A DNA stretch of 63,890 nucleotides, filler included, from Hyphochytrium catenoides (lineage: Eukaryota > Protista > Hyphochytriomycota): NCBI GenBank assembly GCA_900088475.1. It is 11 parts of 11 records of this genome, joined end to end, with 100 filler letters (N's around TTAATTAATTAA, not from the genome) between each part and the next. Parts side by side here need not be neighbours in the genome. Positions count along the whole stretch, not along the records: positions 47,284 to 56,371 come from FLMG01002928.1; positions 56,472 to 60,987 come from FLMG01002895.1; positions 61,088 to 63,890 come from FLMG01002579.1; 8 more parts are not named here. The stretch is one strand, 5' to 3'. Shown piece by piece: positions 49,450-61,826 of this stretch. The notes below the pieces were generated by a model, which saw only the letters and a list, made by a program, of their open reading frames with translations, made no database searches and was not told the DNA's origin. The first letter of the stretch is position 1. Each line of letters starts with the position of its first letter. A program made the position numbers and the translations under genes.

Positions 49450-51260
49450 GACAGAGAGAGACAGAGAGGAAAAGATTATCATAAGGAGCCAGATCCTCCC
49501 ATCTCTACTTAGTCAGGCTTCTCCCCTTAGGCCTTGTGTCTCTTCTCGTTTGTCTCTCTCCCGATGCGCCTCTCTCTCATGAGTTTCTTCGGCTCTCTTA
49601 TCCTCGTCTTTCGTCTCCTTACCTGCAGAAATGCTGCCAGCACCTCCTCAGCGATCGCTCGAAGCCTTTGTGCTCTCTGTTGAGAAAGAGAGAGAGCTAT
49701 TCTCTCGTCCTGGAGCAGCTCTGCTCGGCTAATAATATCATAGGCTTGAAGCTCATTCAACTTGAAGCAGCAGACAGAGTTCCCGGAGCCGAAGTACTGC
49801 AGGTGAGACGAGCGAGCAGAATGGGGACAGGAGGAAGAGGAGGAAGAGAGAACAGGATGCCTGGAAAGGGAGAAAGAGCATTGTTTGAGGAATTAGGAGA
49901 AGAGGAAAGAGGCACGTCAGGAGCGTGAATGGGGAATAAGATCAAGGGAAGAAAAGTCTGCTGGAGCATTCGTTCTTGCTCTCTTTCCTGTCCCTCTCTT
50001 TTCATCCCAGTCTCCCCTTCCCCCGCCCCACTCTCTCTCTCGCTCTCTCTCTCTCTCTTTGTCTCTCTCTGTCTCTCTCTCTCTCTTTGTCTCTCTCTGT
50101 CTCTCTCTCTCTCTCTGTGTGGCAACTATGTTAAAAGCTTCCTTCTTTTGTTCTCTACCTTTGGTGACCTTTCATTGAGTCGCGTCAAAGCAAGCACCGT
50201 CTTTGCGCTGTCTCTATCTCCATCCTCTTTCCCTTTTTCGTTCTCTCTCTCTCACGCGCTCTCTCTCTCTCTCGTCCGCCCCCTACCTCTCTCTCTCTCT
50301 CCCTTTCTGTCTGCGCTCTTCTTTACCTTACTCTTCTAGCTACCAGTTTCTCCTCCTTTCTTACCTCTCGATCATCATTTCTAGGAAGGCACCGAAGGAG
50401 AACTCCCACAAGTCATTTCTCAGTGGCCGCATATCGGAGACGATGGCTCTGCAATGGAAGGATGTTTAGCTCGTGCCAGCTAGCTTCTTCCACCTCCCCT
50501 CCCCGCCGCTCCCCTCTTTGTCTTTCTCCCTTTCTCTGTCTCTCTCTCTCTTTGTCTGAACCTAACGGGAGCTACTCACTCACTCACTCTCTCTCTCTCT
50601 CTCTCTCTCGCTCTCGCTCTCTCTTCTAGCGCTGTTGTCGATAGTAAACGCTCATCAACTCATTTTTCACTCTTTCACTCTCTCCCTCCTCCTTCTCTCT
50701 CTTTCTTCCCTTCCGGATTGCAGAGGCTCTCATTCTCTCTGCTCCTCTAACCTGCATTTCCAGCAATATCTCCACATCCAGATGGCGGGATACTGCTCTT
50801 GGACAGTAGGGGAAGAGAAGAGATGATAAGGCTCAGGTGGCAGAGAGAGAGCTCCTTTCGAGGACGACGACAGTGGGAGAGAGAGTTTCTCTCGGTAAAG
50901 AACTACTTGTCCATCTCCGTGACAGAATATCTGGAGGTGCTCTCCCAGGGCTCCCTTGCACTTGCTACATCGAGAAGAGGAGTCAAAGGAAGAAGAGAGA
51001 AGAAACTGCCCCAGGCGCATGTCACTCTCGCCGTACAGCTCGATCTCTTTTATCTCTGAAGGAAGACACTGGGTCAAAGGTGCTAAGCCTGCAAAAAGGA
51101 AAGGGAGAGAGAACGGGAATGCAATCACGAAAGGTTAAAATAGCGAGGTGCTAGGGAGAGGACAGAAATGGATAAGGCCCACAGGGAGAAGAGAACTGAT
51201 GACAAGAAAAGGAGGAGAAGCCCGAAGACAGGAAACAAACAAAGACGGCCACTCAAAGAG

Positions 51261-51324
<64 letters not shown>

Positions 51325-51767
51325 TAGAAAAGAGAAGGGAAACGATAAGAAGGCAACCAGTCTCCAAGTGCAGAAGAGACAACTGCCTCTCACAACGCCT
51401 CAGACGAGTGACAGAACCATTTTAGGGAGGCAAAGAACCCGAAGATGGTCTTCGATCCGAGGAGGGAAGAGCTTTGACTTTGGATCTCTTCTCACTTGCC
51501 TTTCTCATCCTGTCGGAGCCAAACGACTCCAACTTGGATGCGCTTCCTGCTTAAGGAGAGACAGGACAGGAGATGCCCTAGCTTCTCAGAGTAACCCTGC
51601 CCGTCTTGTTGGTTCTCTCTCTCTTCTTCACTAAGAAGCTTGTCAATAGAGCTGACATCTCTTGGGCCTAGGGGAGAAGAACAAAAGCAAGTGTTACAAA
51701 AGGGATATTTCTATCTCCGTCTGTCTTCTAAAGCCTTCCAAGCCCGAGAAACAGAGAAACGAAGTGA

Positions 51768-51815
<48 letters not shown>

Positions 51816-52960
51816 GAGAGAGAGGACGGGAGAAAGACTAGGGAAGACAAAAGGCCGATAGAAAGAGACATAAAGGGTTGAGGAAAGAGACAGAGGTCAT
51901 GCTGAGAGCAAAGACCAAGACGAGGTTGTGGAGAAGGAGAGACAATACAGAATTGAGAGGAGGACATGAAGGAAGAACAAGAGAGAGACTCTATTGAAAG
52001 AGTCATAGACATCCATACCGCATACCTCTCTTTCGTCTCTCTTCGACGGCGGGGCCAGATACAAGCCCGGACTCTGCCAAGAAGGCGGCTTCTCCCTTCC
52101 TTTGAAAGGCATCTCGCACCAGAAAGAGAAGGATTTCCTTCACTGCTCTTAGGAAATAGAAAGATGCTCCTCGGAGAAAGAGAGTGCATCCCTGGCCTTT
52201 TCTGCAACCAGGAAGAAAGACATAGCTCTCTCTCCTCATGTCTTCTCCATCCTCGTCGGCATCTTCCTCATCATGGAGAGGAGAGAAACAATCGGGAGAG
52301 AGAGGAAGAGATGGAGAAGTGACCAGAGGAGAACGATACCGAGGGACCCAGAGTGTTCGCTGTGTGAAACTATCGCAAGTGCCAACGGCTCTCTCTCCGA
52401 TCTGATCGACGTGATCCGTTGTATGGAGAACCTTAGCCTTTGTTAGCCGAGCGATGCGCTCCATCTGCTCTTTCTTCACGTTGAGAAGGAGAGTCACATT
52501 CTTCTGCTGCAGTTGCTCCTGAACGAGAGGTGGTAAGGAGTCACCCAGAGAAGGGAAAAAAAAGAAGAGAAAGAGAGAGAGAGAGGATCTCTGGTCCTGC
52601 TGCTTACGCTCTCTCTTCTAACTTCTGGATCCCCCTTTCTTCGCTTCCTCTCGCTCTCTCCTGCTCTCTCCTTGTACTTTTTTCTCCCCCCTTTCTTTCT
52701 CTCTCTCTCTTTCTCTTTTCTCTCTCTTCCCTCTCTCTATCCCACCTGTGCCTGTCTGGAGACGCCTCTACCGGTAATGAGGAGATCAGGCTTGAGGACC
52801 AGGACCTTGCTCACGAGGATCTTTGTATACTCTTTCTCTTGCTCGATGAGGGAGTCCAAGGAGGAGAGCCTGCGGTTGCAATAAGACATTGCCTCTTCTT
52901 CGTTTTCCGTGTTTAAAGTCATCTCTTCCTTGTCCGCTAGCTCTAGTACTGTTCTTTCTT

Positions 52961-53005
<45 letters not shown>

Positions 53006-53485
53006 TTTGCTAGCTCTCTCTACTCCTCACTATCTTTGCTCTAGAGCTTCTACTCCTGATCAGTTTCCCTCATTAGCGTTCTGAACAAATAAAACAGAGA
53101 AGCGGGCTCTTTGCCTCTCGGATCCCTTTCCCTTGCTAGATCTTTTTCTCTCTCTCTCTCTCTCCGCATTCCTTTCTCTCTCCATCTTCCTCACCTGGCT
53201 TCAACTCTGTCATAGTCTATCCCTCCGCCCAGGAGGACAATCTTAGGCTTGTCAATGCTCTTTCTCATCTTCTTATGAGCAATGTTTTTCCTGATGACGC
53301 CGCCGTCAACAGCCACACTCTCTCTCAGATTCCCTCCTGGGACGACCTTCACTGTGATGTATGCACTGACGTCCATTGAGTTCTGAGAAAGAGAAAGAGA
53401 GAAATGGAGATAAGGAAGTTGAATGGGGAAGAAAGAGAGAGAGGAGAGAGGAGAGAGAGAGAGAGAGAGACAGAGAGAGAGAGAC

Positions 53486-53527
<42 letters not shown>

Positions 53528-56037
53528 GGAAAAGAGGAGGGAGAGAGGATCAGAGAGAGATAGTTACGGCGAAACAGGGAGCGCCACCGGGGCAACAGAG
53601 AGTGAGGCAAGGAGCACGGTCACAGAAGGTGAAAGGAGTGTGGATAAGCAGGATGTGAGCACCGACAGATAGAGACGTAGGAGGAGGTTCAGAGACAGAA
53701 GATGGGAGAGAAAGAAAGAGGCAGACAGGAGACGGAGGGTCCATATCGAGAGGGGAGAAAAGAGGGACTAAGTGTGCAAGAAGGACAAGAACCAGGGGAG
53801 AGAGAGAGACAGACTGAGAGAGAGACAGACTGAGAGAGAGACAGACTGAGAGAGAGACAGACTGAGAGAGCGACAGAGGGGGAGAGAGACAGACTGAGAG
53901 AGAGAGAAAGAGAGGGGGAGAGAGTTAGTTACATACATCCTGTATAAGATGAGGAGATACGCTTTGAACCGCCTGGGAGATGAGCTCGTATGCTTTCTCT
54001 TCCCAAGCTTGGATCATTGCCTCGCTGTACGACCTTGCGTAAGGAAGGAGAAGGTCAAGAGAGAACAAGGGAAGGAGAGAGAGAGAGAGAGAGAGTTATA
54101 AGAATGAGAGAATGCCGGAGAGAGAAAGATGGCAATAACAGAGACAAAGCGAGGACTAATGCAGCCGCCAGCAGAGCAATATTATACAGAGGGAAAGGAA
54201 TGGGAGAAAGGAAACGTGGGCCCAAGACAGAGAGAGTCAGAGAGAAAGGACGCAACTAGAGAGAGAGAAATTCAAAAAAGAGGAGAGAGGCAATGCAGAG
54301 TGCAATGTATGAGAGGAGTGATTGTCACTTACTCTTTGTCTGTCTCTCTTAGGTAATGGAAGAGATACTTTATCTTTCTCTTCAGTTCCTCTTGCGCCAT
54401 CGCAAACGTCTCCGTTTGGCGTCTTTCTCTCTCCTCATCCTTCTTCTCATCCTCCCATCTCTTGAGCTGCTGGATGGCTTGATCCAAAGCTTTAAACGCG
54501 AGGTCTTTCTCCTGGAACAGAAGAGAAGCGGAAGAGAGATCCAACAACGGCGGCGATTTCTCTCTCTCTCCATCTTCCGTTGCACGCTTTCCTCTTATCT
54601 CATGCTCTATCTTAGTTCCTTCTCCTACTCTATCCGAGACCGTGGAGAGTCCTTCAGTCTCACTTCTTCGTCTCTTGTCTTTGGAATCTTCTCTCTTCTT
54701 CATAGAAGAGGATGATGGGGAAGCCGGAGCAGAGAGAGAAGTTGGATCAATGGCTTGAAAGAGGCCCTTTATCAGTTGCCCTGTCTCCGAGATCCTTCCA
54801 GAGAGAAAAGAGGAAGCAGGGAAAGAGTTATCTCCCTTCTCTCCCCCATCTGCAACGTCTTCAAGGAGATCAGCAGGATCCAAGATACTCTTCGCTCTGT
54901 GTCTCAGCGCATTCACTTCTAAGGGAGAGCGTGTGAGTCGAGGAGAGGGCGATGGCCATCCTCTTTCTCTCACTGTCTCTTCTGCTTCACCGTTTCTCTC
55001 CCTTTTATATCTTCTCATGACCTCTGTCTCAAACTCCTGTGAGTCAACCGTGATGCCCACAGGTGAGCTGCTGACGAGAGGTTGCCAAGAAGAGCGACGA
55101 CGAGAGGGAAGCGGTGGCGCAACAGCGCGAGAGAGAGATTGCTCCTCCTCTCTGCCGCCGGTTTTCTCCTCTTCCCTTGTTTCTTCCGTCATGGGAAGAG
55201 AGAGTGGCACTGGAATGGCTCGCTTTGGGGCTCCCTTCTTCTCTTTACCCTCGGCAAGAGATGTGACCTATTCAGGAGGAGACGCTAGGTTGAGTGCGTG
55301 ACAGACACAGAGAAGGAGGATGCTAGAGAGAGAGACAGAGGTTGTAAAGAGGAGACAGAGTGAGAGGAACAGAGAAAGGAAGAGAGAAAGAAAGAGAGAG
55401 ACGAAAAGAGAGAACAAAAAGGAAAGGGAGACAAATAGAGTAGAGTAGGAGCATTGAGAGATAGGTACAACGACAGAGGAAAAGGCCAAGAAGAGGGATA
55501 AGCTTGAAAGGAGAACATAAATTTCTTGGCTTGCCCACCTCTGCTGGGCGTACTTGTTCCTCTCTCTTCCCGTCCTTAGAAGAGGTGCTCAGAGTTGTGA
55601 TGGTGGTGCCGGTGTTCGGTTGCTTGGTGTTCTTCCCTTGTATGCGAGAAGCCTGGCACATTCAAGACAGGAAGAGGACACGGGCCTGTTAGCATAAAGG
55701 AAGAGAGAGAGAAAGAGAGGGAGAGAGAGAGAGAGAGACAGAGACAGACAGAGACAGACAGAGACAGAGGAAAATAGAGAGAGAGAGCGAAGTAGAGAGA
55801 GACAGAGAGCCAGAGAGAGAGGGAAAGGGAGAAGTACCGGTGGGAAGGGAGAGATCAAGGACTCACCTGGACACTCTTGAAGCAGAAGCTACAGGCTCTT
55901 AGCGGCGTGTCTCCCAGGTCAAGCTCCTTTCCGTTGATAAAGTTTGACGAGCAAGAGAAGCAGAAGATCTGACCGCAGAGGCGACAGTGGTGCCGGCGGA
56001 GAAAGAAAGAGAAAGGAGCATTGCACTCGTAGCATGC
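47620..56037 (-). CDS. FAB1: Fab1/PIKfyve PI3P 5-kinase, internal multi-exon portion (FYVE, CCT-like, conserved Cys-rich region; kinase domain beyond contig end)
   Basis: FYVE: CYECNAPFSFFLRRHHCRLCGQIFCFSC..RACSFC. CCT-like: SMDVSAYITVKVVPGG..KNIAHKKMRKSIDKPKI..LSSLDSLIEQEKEY..GCTLFLRGA. Further motifs: IELYGESDMRLGQFL..CSKC..H..FCHGDG, IWMWRYCWKC..WEFSFGAFLE and EPATVIAYSLSS. Confidence 0.96.
53801..53900. repeat. 16-bp minisatellite (agagagagacagactg)n in a Fab1 intron
   Basis: Four adjacent copies plus one displaced copy. Confidence 0.85.
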
Positions 56038-56165
56038 CTAAGGAAGGGAGGAAGATGACGACATTAGACGCTTTCCAAAGTCATTTAAGAGGTATAGAGG
56101 TGGACTGATAGGGATCATGGACACTGAGGGAAGAAAAGGAGCGAGTAAGAGAGAGAGAGAGAAAA

Positions 56166-56208
<43 letters not shown>

Positions 56209-57031
56209 AAGGGACAGAGACAGAGAGACAGAGACAGAGAGACAGAGACAGAGAGACAGAAACACAGAGAGAGAGAGAAAGAGAGAAGGAGCCAAAATGA
56301 GAGTAAGAGAGGGGGGAAGAGGTGGGAAGAGAAAGAGGGAGAGAGAGAGACCAGAGAGAGAGAGAGAGAGANNNNNNNNNNNNNNNNNNNNNNNNNNNNN
56401 NNNNNNNNNNNNNNNTTAATTAATTAANNNNNNNNNNNNNNNNNNNNNNNNNNNNNNNNNNNNNNNNNNNNCTTCTCTGGAGTGGTGGCTCGGTCTGTCT
56501 CAGTCTAAAGCTTCTCCTCTCTCTCCTTGTCGCTGTTGTTCCTTTCCTTGTCTGACTTCTGCTCAGTCTCAGTGTCAAGAGTCCCCGCTATCTCTGTCTC
56601 ATCTTGAGACGCAGCTTGATGGCCGTGCTGGCAGGCGTGCAAAGCAAACTCTCACTGTCCCGCCGTGCTTTTCCGCTGCCAGCTTTCTGGTCTGCTTTGC
56701 TGATCTCTAGAGACTCTGCGTCAACCTCCTCCAGGGCGTGACAGCGACAGTCAAAGGATGAGAAGACGCCGGAGGAAAATGAATGCTGCGCGATCGACAT
56801 CGCTCTTTGCTCAGTGAGTGGCTGATGATTAAAGGCGTGGAAGAAGAGGAAACAGAGACGAAGCAAGAGAGGAGAGGAGGGAGCAAGAACAGAGACGAAG
56901 GAGCAAGTGAGAGACGGAAAGCGGAGACAGAAGAAGAGAGAGAGGGAGAGGGGAAGAGAGAGAGAGAGGGAAGGGACGAGAGAGAGAGAGACAGAGCGAG
57001 AGAGAGCAGGAGCAAGCGAGAGAGAGGGAGA

Positions 57032-57069
<38 letters not shown>

Positions 57070-57117
57070 AGAGGAAGAGAGAGGAAGAGACAGAGAGAGA
57101 GAGTCAGAGGGAAGGGA

Positions 57118-57148
<31 letters not shown>

Positions 57149-57645
57149 GACAGAGAGAGAGAGGCCTAATTTGACAACCTGATCCCCCATCATTTTCTCT
57201 TCTTCCTCCTCTCTCTCTCTCTCAAGTTACCCTTCAGACCTGGATATACCACTTTACCATTAGCAGTATACATCTGCCTCTATCAGGGATATAACGCTAA
57301 GAAGGGATAATTATCTGGAAGAAGATCAGATGGGTCGTGTAATATGGGTATCCTGGGTTATGCGGGCATGTGGTGTTTTCTGTGAATTGCGGGTCCCCAA
57401 CCCGGATCCAGGGTCAAAATCACATCCAGATCTCACAGGGGCACCCCCGACAGCCGGTAGTGGAGATACTCACCGGCGGAATAGACGCTAACTATCATTG
57501 GGATTGTCGAGATACTCCCTCGAAGCTGCCCCTGGGTGAGCGAGGGTTGGGGTTGCGAAGCTTCGCATCTTCATTGCTGGGGCAGCAGATGTGGGAAAGA
57601 GATCATTCTTTTGTCTCTCCTCTCTCCCTCTCTCTCCCCGCCCAG

Positions 57646-57678
<33 letters not shown>

Positions 57679-57949
57679 TCTCTCTCTCTCTCCCCCTCTC
57701 TCTCTCTCTCTCTCTCTCTCCCTCTCCCTCTCCCTCTCCCTCTCTTGCTCTGTCTGGCCTCTCCTATGCCCTCTCTCTCCTGCGCCTGTCCTGCTGCAAC
57801 CTCCATCGACCACTTTCCCTCTCTTTCCTCCTCTCTCAGTCAAACTTATTGTGGGCGCTCCTCCTATCCGCGTCCTTTCTTCCTCCTCCCTCTCTCCCAT
57901 GGCGGCTCCTCCGATTCCTTCCTTCCTTCGCGCCGCCTCAAACCAACCT

Positions 57950-59470
57950 TGGAGCTTACTGGCTCTTCTTCTGTCGCCGCCATCGTAAGACAGATACGGA
58001 GACTGCAAGATAGATGGACAGGCTCAAGAGGAGCGGAGGATCGGAGGAAGCAGAGGCTTAGGCTTCGCCTCGCGCCAGCATTATCATAGGAATGGTGTCG
58101 GATGAGGTCTAACGTGGAAGTATAGTCATACTGGGTGATGATCGTTGATGAACTAGGGCATCTACTACTAGCAATGATGCGGGTGCAGCCTCTTGGTCTG
58201 GCGGTGGCCTCAGAGCACAGAGGCGGGTGCCTTGTTGCAGCTATTTATCTCCTTGAGTGGGGCCTGTGCAGGTTCAGTCGTGCTCTCTGTGATGTCCGTC
58301 CGATCCCGGACAGGTAGCTCGCTAGCGGTGGCCAACTTAGGTTGCCGCAGGACTTGTTAGCAGTAGGGCCTGGGGCTGGGTTTGGGCTACGAGTCAGCTG
58401 GAAGTACGAGTCCAACCAGAGGAGGCACGAGTGTACGTCAATACCGTCTCGTGCTCTATATCTAGCGAACCACTGGGGCGGCTGAAGCAGGCTAAAGCCG
58501 GCGCTGTTGACACTTCTCGTACTACTCTTCCCCATTGCGGCTTCTTTCTCCTCCTCTTCGTGATATACTCTTCTTCCTCCGTAGCGCCCTTCTTGCTCTG
58601 CGGCGTCTTAGGCGAAATGGTGCGTGTCCCTGAGAGAGTAGCCCCGTCAATGACGGAGCAAAGCTGCCAGAGCTAAGGAAGATATCTGAGATCTAGGTGG
58701 AACATATACCACTGATCGATACGCTAGGCAGCTACTAGCCGTAAGGAATAAGCAAGAGAGCATTCCCTCGTTTCATACCACTTCTTTCTTCTCCAAGATG
58801 GTCTGAAGACGTAAGAGGGCAAGAAAAAGCACGCACCAATCTTCACAACCGATCGTTGGGTCGAGTAGGCGACGTGATGTCCATCCAGGACAGCCAGGAG
58901 CCAGATAGTCTGCTAGTATCTCCGACCGCGCCCCACTACGCCGCCACATTATCCCAACGGCGGGCTTAGAACAAGAGCAACGTAGCTCAAGCGAGCACTA
59001 TTTTCATCCCCCATTGAGGTCTTTCGTCCTATGTCGCTCATCGTGCCTTGTTGTTATTAGCTTATGATGGAGAAGATGGGGTACATCGCGATAATGAAGG
59101 CAATGGGGACAACAACTTCTCAACAGCTTGTGCTCTCCCAGGGCACGCGCATCTGATGTCGGCAACTATGTGTTCTTATCCCGCTAGTGACCACTGGCTG
59201 CGTCGGCCCTAGCTCAAATGTACCATTATCCATGAGCAAGTAGAGGAGAGTGTCCTATGTCTTCTCTCTCATCTCCTCGACTTGATAGATGATGACCTCA
59301 TAGTTCACCACGCTCGAACGGCGTAGTACCGTCAGGACATGCCTCTCCTTGTCGATCCAAGAGTCCTTGCCAAAGAAACACTGCTGCAGCGTCACCCACG
59401 GCATCAGAGACAAAGGAGCAGTAAAGCAGTGTCTACTTCGAGTGCCAAGCTTCTCCTCTGCGTGGCTGAC
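57950..59470 (-). pseudogene. Decayed coding sequence (probably repeat/TE-derived) riddled with TAG stops
   Basis: The DNA is microsatellite-free and coding-like. In 58141-58530 one minus frame has 9 TAG, 2 TGA and 1 TAA in Gln/Pro-rich context. No family was recognised. Confidence 0.5.
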
Positions 59471-59972
59471 ATGGTAGTAAGGCCGCTAGGTTTAATGACG
59501 CCGCTAAGTGATAATAAGAAAAGTTCTTGAGTAAGAAGAGAAGAGGGCTCACAGGGGCACGAGGTAAGAGAAGAGTAAAAGCAGAAAGTACTGCCTACTA
59601 CGAAGAGTCTTTGCAGCTACCCGCTTACTAATATCGACTCTTCGTCTCAGTTACTGACTCAGTCCGTCCCAGAAAGAAGGTCGTCCGAGCGAACTGACCG
59701 AGAAAGAGAAGTGATGGTCTCTAATTGTCAGTTCTTCCTGGTCCTTCGCCCAGGTGGACTTCCGTGGTCTGTCGGATCAAGTCGTACCAGATCTTGCTTC
59801 TCAACAAGAAGACGAGCAGCGCAGCAGCTTAGTCTTTAAAATGAAACTTGCTCCTTGTTATATATATTATTAGCCAGTGTTCATCATGGTCATGGTACCA
59901 TGGAAAGAAGAGCTAACAAAAGAAGAAAGCTTGTCTCGAGAAGAGACCATTGGCAGCTTCCTTGCTTGCACC

Positions 59973-60987
59973 TCAGACGTCTCTCCATTGAATGTTCTCC
60001 AGCATCCCATAGCGGTCATCTCCTGGTCCAATGCCAAGAGCTCGCCACACGGCATCAGAAGCATCTGTTTGTAGAGAGTCATGGAAGAAAGGGACAGCGC
60101 AAGGTGACATCTCTCAGTGCTCACATCCACGACAATGATAAGCCTACAATCTGACTATGTCTGAGGCTATGAACGGCTCTTACCGACGATATTGTTCCGG
60201 CAAGGAGGTTGATAGGCGTGGTTATAATCACAGCCAGCGCGGGAGTCACACTCATCAATAACCGTGGCGCGAACTTTCCGCCCGTTGGCGGAGATCTCAA
60301 TCTGCTTGTGACAGCGACTTCTATCGGCAAACCAGCCCGTGGACTGCGCGAAGGATGTGGGGCGAAGAAAAGAGCATAACACGTTAGCATCGGTCCCTGC
60401 TCTCTATGACAATCTCTTCGCATTCATGGCCTGTCGGCGTGCTTACCAGGGCGACGATATACTCGGTGTTCTCGTGGTGCTGACCGTCACATGAAGCCTC
60501 GCCACCTACGTCATTGTAGCAGTAGACAGTGAGAGAAGAGAGACAGAGTTATGCTTGTCCAAGGAAGAATAGAGGTTGCGGGAGATGGCCCGGCGTAGGT
60601 GGTCAATGTAGAGGTAGAAAAGAGATGACGGACCTCTTTGATGGGACTCCATCACGGAGATCTACGGTCAAAGAAGCAGCAAATAGCAAGAGAATGCGGA
60701 CTGACCTCCATCTTCTCCCTCGCCGAAGCCATTCAGGGTCAAAGTAGCGGGAGTGGCGCGTGAGACCGCGGGTGAGCAGTAGTACTTAGGATAGCGCTCG
60801 CCCTCCTTGCAGCATTCTGAGTAGTGACCCGTGTTGCACTCTTCCACGTATATCCCATCGAGGTAGCCCTGAGGCCGGCATGTGCCGTCCGATGGCGGTG
60901 GTGCAGGGGCACCTCCCTGGCAGATGTTCGTGCCCATGTCAGGATCGTCATTGCATTTTCCGCGGATGCATGCAAGCTGCCCATCGC
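59973..60987 (-). CDS. KWL: Kissper-Kiwellin (ripening-related, Barwin-like double-psi beta-barrel) protein, 5' end cut by contig edge; exons 60987-60706, 60505-60447, 60343-60184, 60064-59973
   Basis: Spliced product: (C)[196 protein letters not shown]. The three GT-AG introns have consistent phases (1,0,1). Confidence 0.95.
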
Positions 60988-61756
60988 NNNNNNNNNNNNN
61001 NNNNNNNNNNNNNNNNNNNNNNNNNNNNNNNTTAATTAATTAANNNNNNNNNNNNNNNNNNNNNNNNNNNNNNNNNNNNNNNNNNNNCACCTGCTGCGCG
61101 CCTGACCTCAGCATCTCTAATTAGAGCTCTTCCCAGAGAAGAAGGAAACCTTATCCTCCAGCTCTTCGCTTTCTCTGCAAGAATAGATAGTGTGCGAGTG
61201 TAAGAGAGCAGGGGGAACGGGGAAGGAGAGTAGAAGGGGGAGAAAAGAGAGAGAGAGAGTGTGTGGGAGAGAGGGAGAGAGAGGGAGTGAGAGAGGGAGG
61301 CGAGAGAGAGGGAAAAGAGAGAGAGAGAGAGAGAGAGAGTGACAGAGAGAGAGGTCACAGCACATTAAGGATGAGATGAAGGACGGAAGGATGCAGGCGG
61401 CAGGAAAAGGGAGAGAGAGAGATGACGCAGCGGGAGGAGGAAGAGAGAGAGAGTTAAGATCACTCCTGGCTCCAGAAGACAACCAGTCTTCCGTCCCTAC
61501 TTTCCCATTGTCTCTGCCTCTCTTCGTCTCTATCTCCCCTCTTCACGGCCGCATCCATAGCCCTAACTAAGAGGTAGTAAGGCCTACAGTCCGGCTCGTC
61601 CTCTTCTTTTATGTCCTCTTCTTGGGCCGCTTGGCGTCTCTCGTACCCTCTCTCATACGCTCTTTCTCTCTCTCGTTGTCTCTCTGAATCTCCCCTTATC
61701 TCTCTCTCTCTCCCCGTGTCTCTTGCAGTCTTTGTCTCTCTCTTCTTCTTCTTCTT

Positions 61757-61826
<70 letters not shown>

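Noticed and set aside
53801-53900. Regular short repeats as a CRISPR-like array
   Set aside because: There are no unique spacers and no cas genes. It is a microsatellite-derived minisatellite in a eukaryotic intron.
58141-58530. Alternative genetic code (TAG=Gln) as the explanation for in-frame TAGs
   Set aside because: Intact genes end on TAG (UROS 19154, B12D-like 13616, 7TM 1377) and none of the conserved exons I translated contains an internal TAG. TGA and TAA also interrupt the same frame.
57432-59560. 13-bp direct repeat ctcacaggggcac (57432 and 59548) flanking the decayed ORF as a TSD or LTR
   Set aside because: The similarity does not extend, and a 13-mer match at this distance is expected by chance in a window this size.
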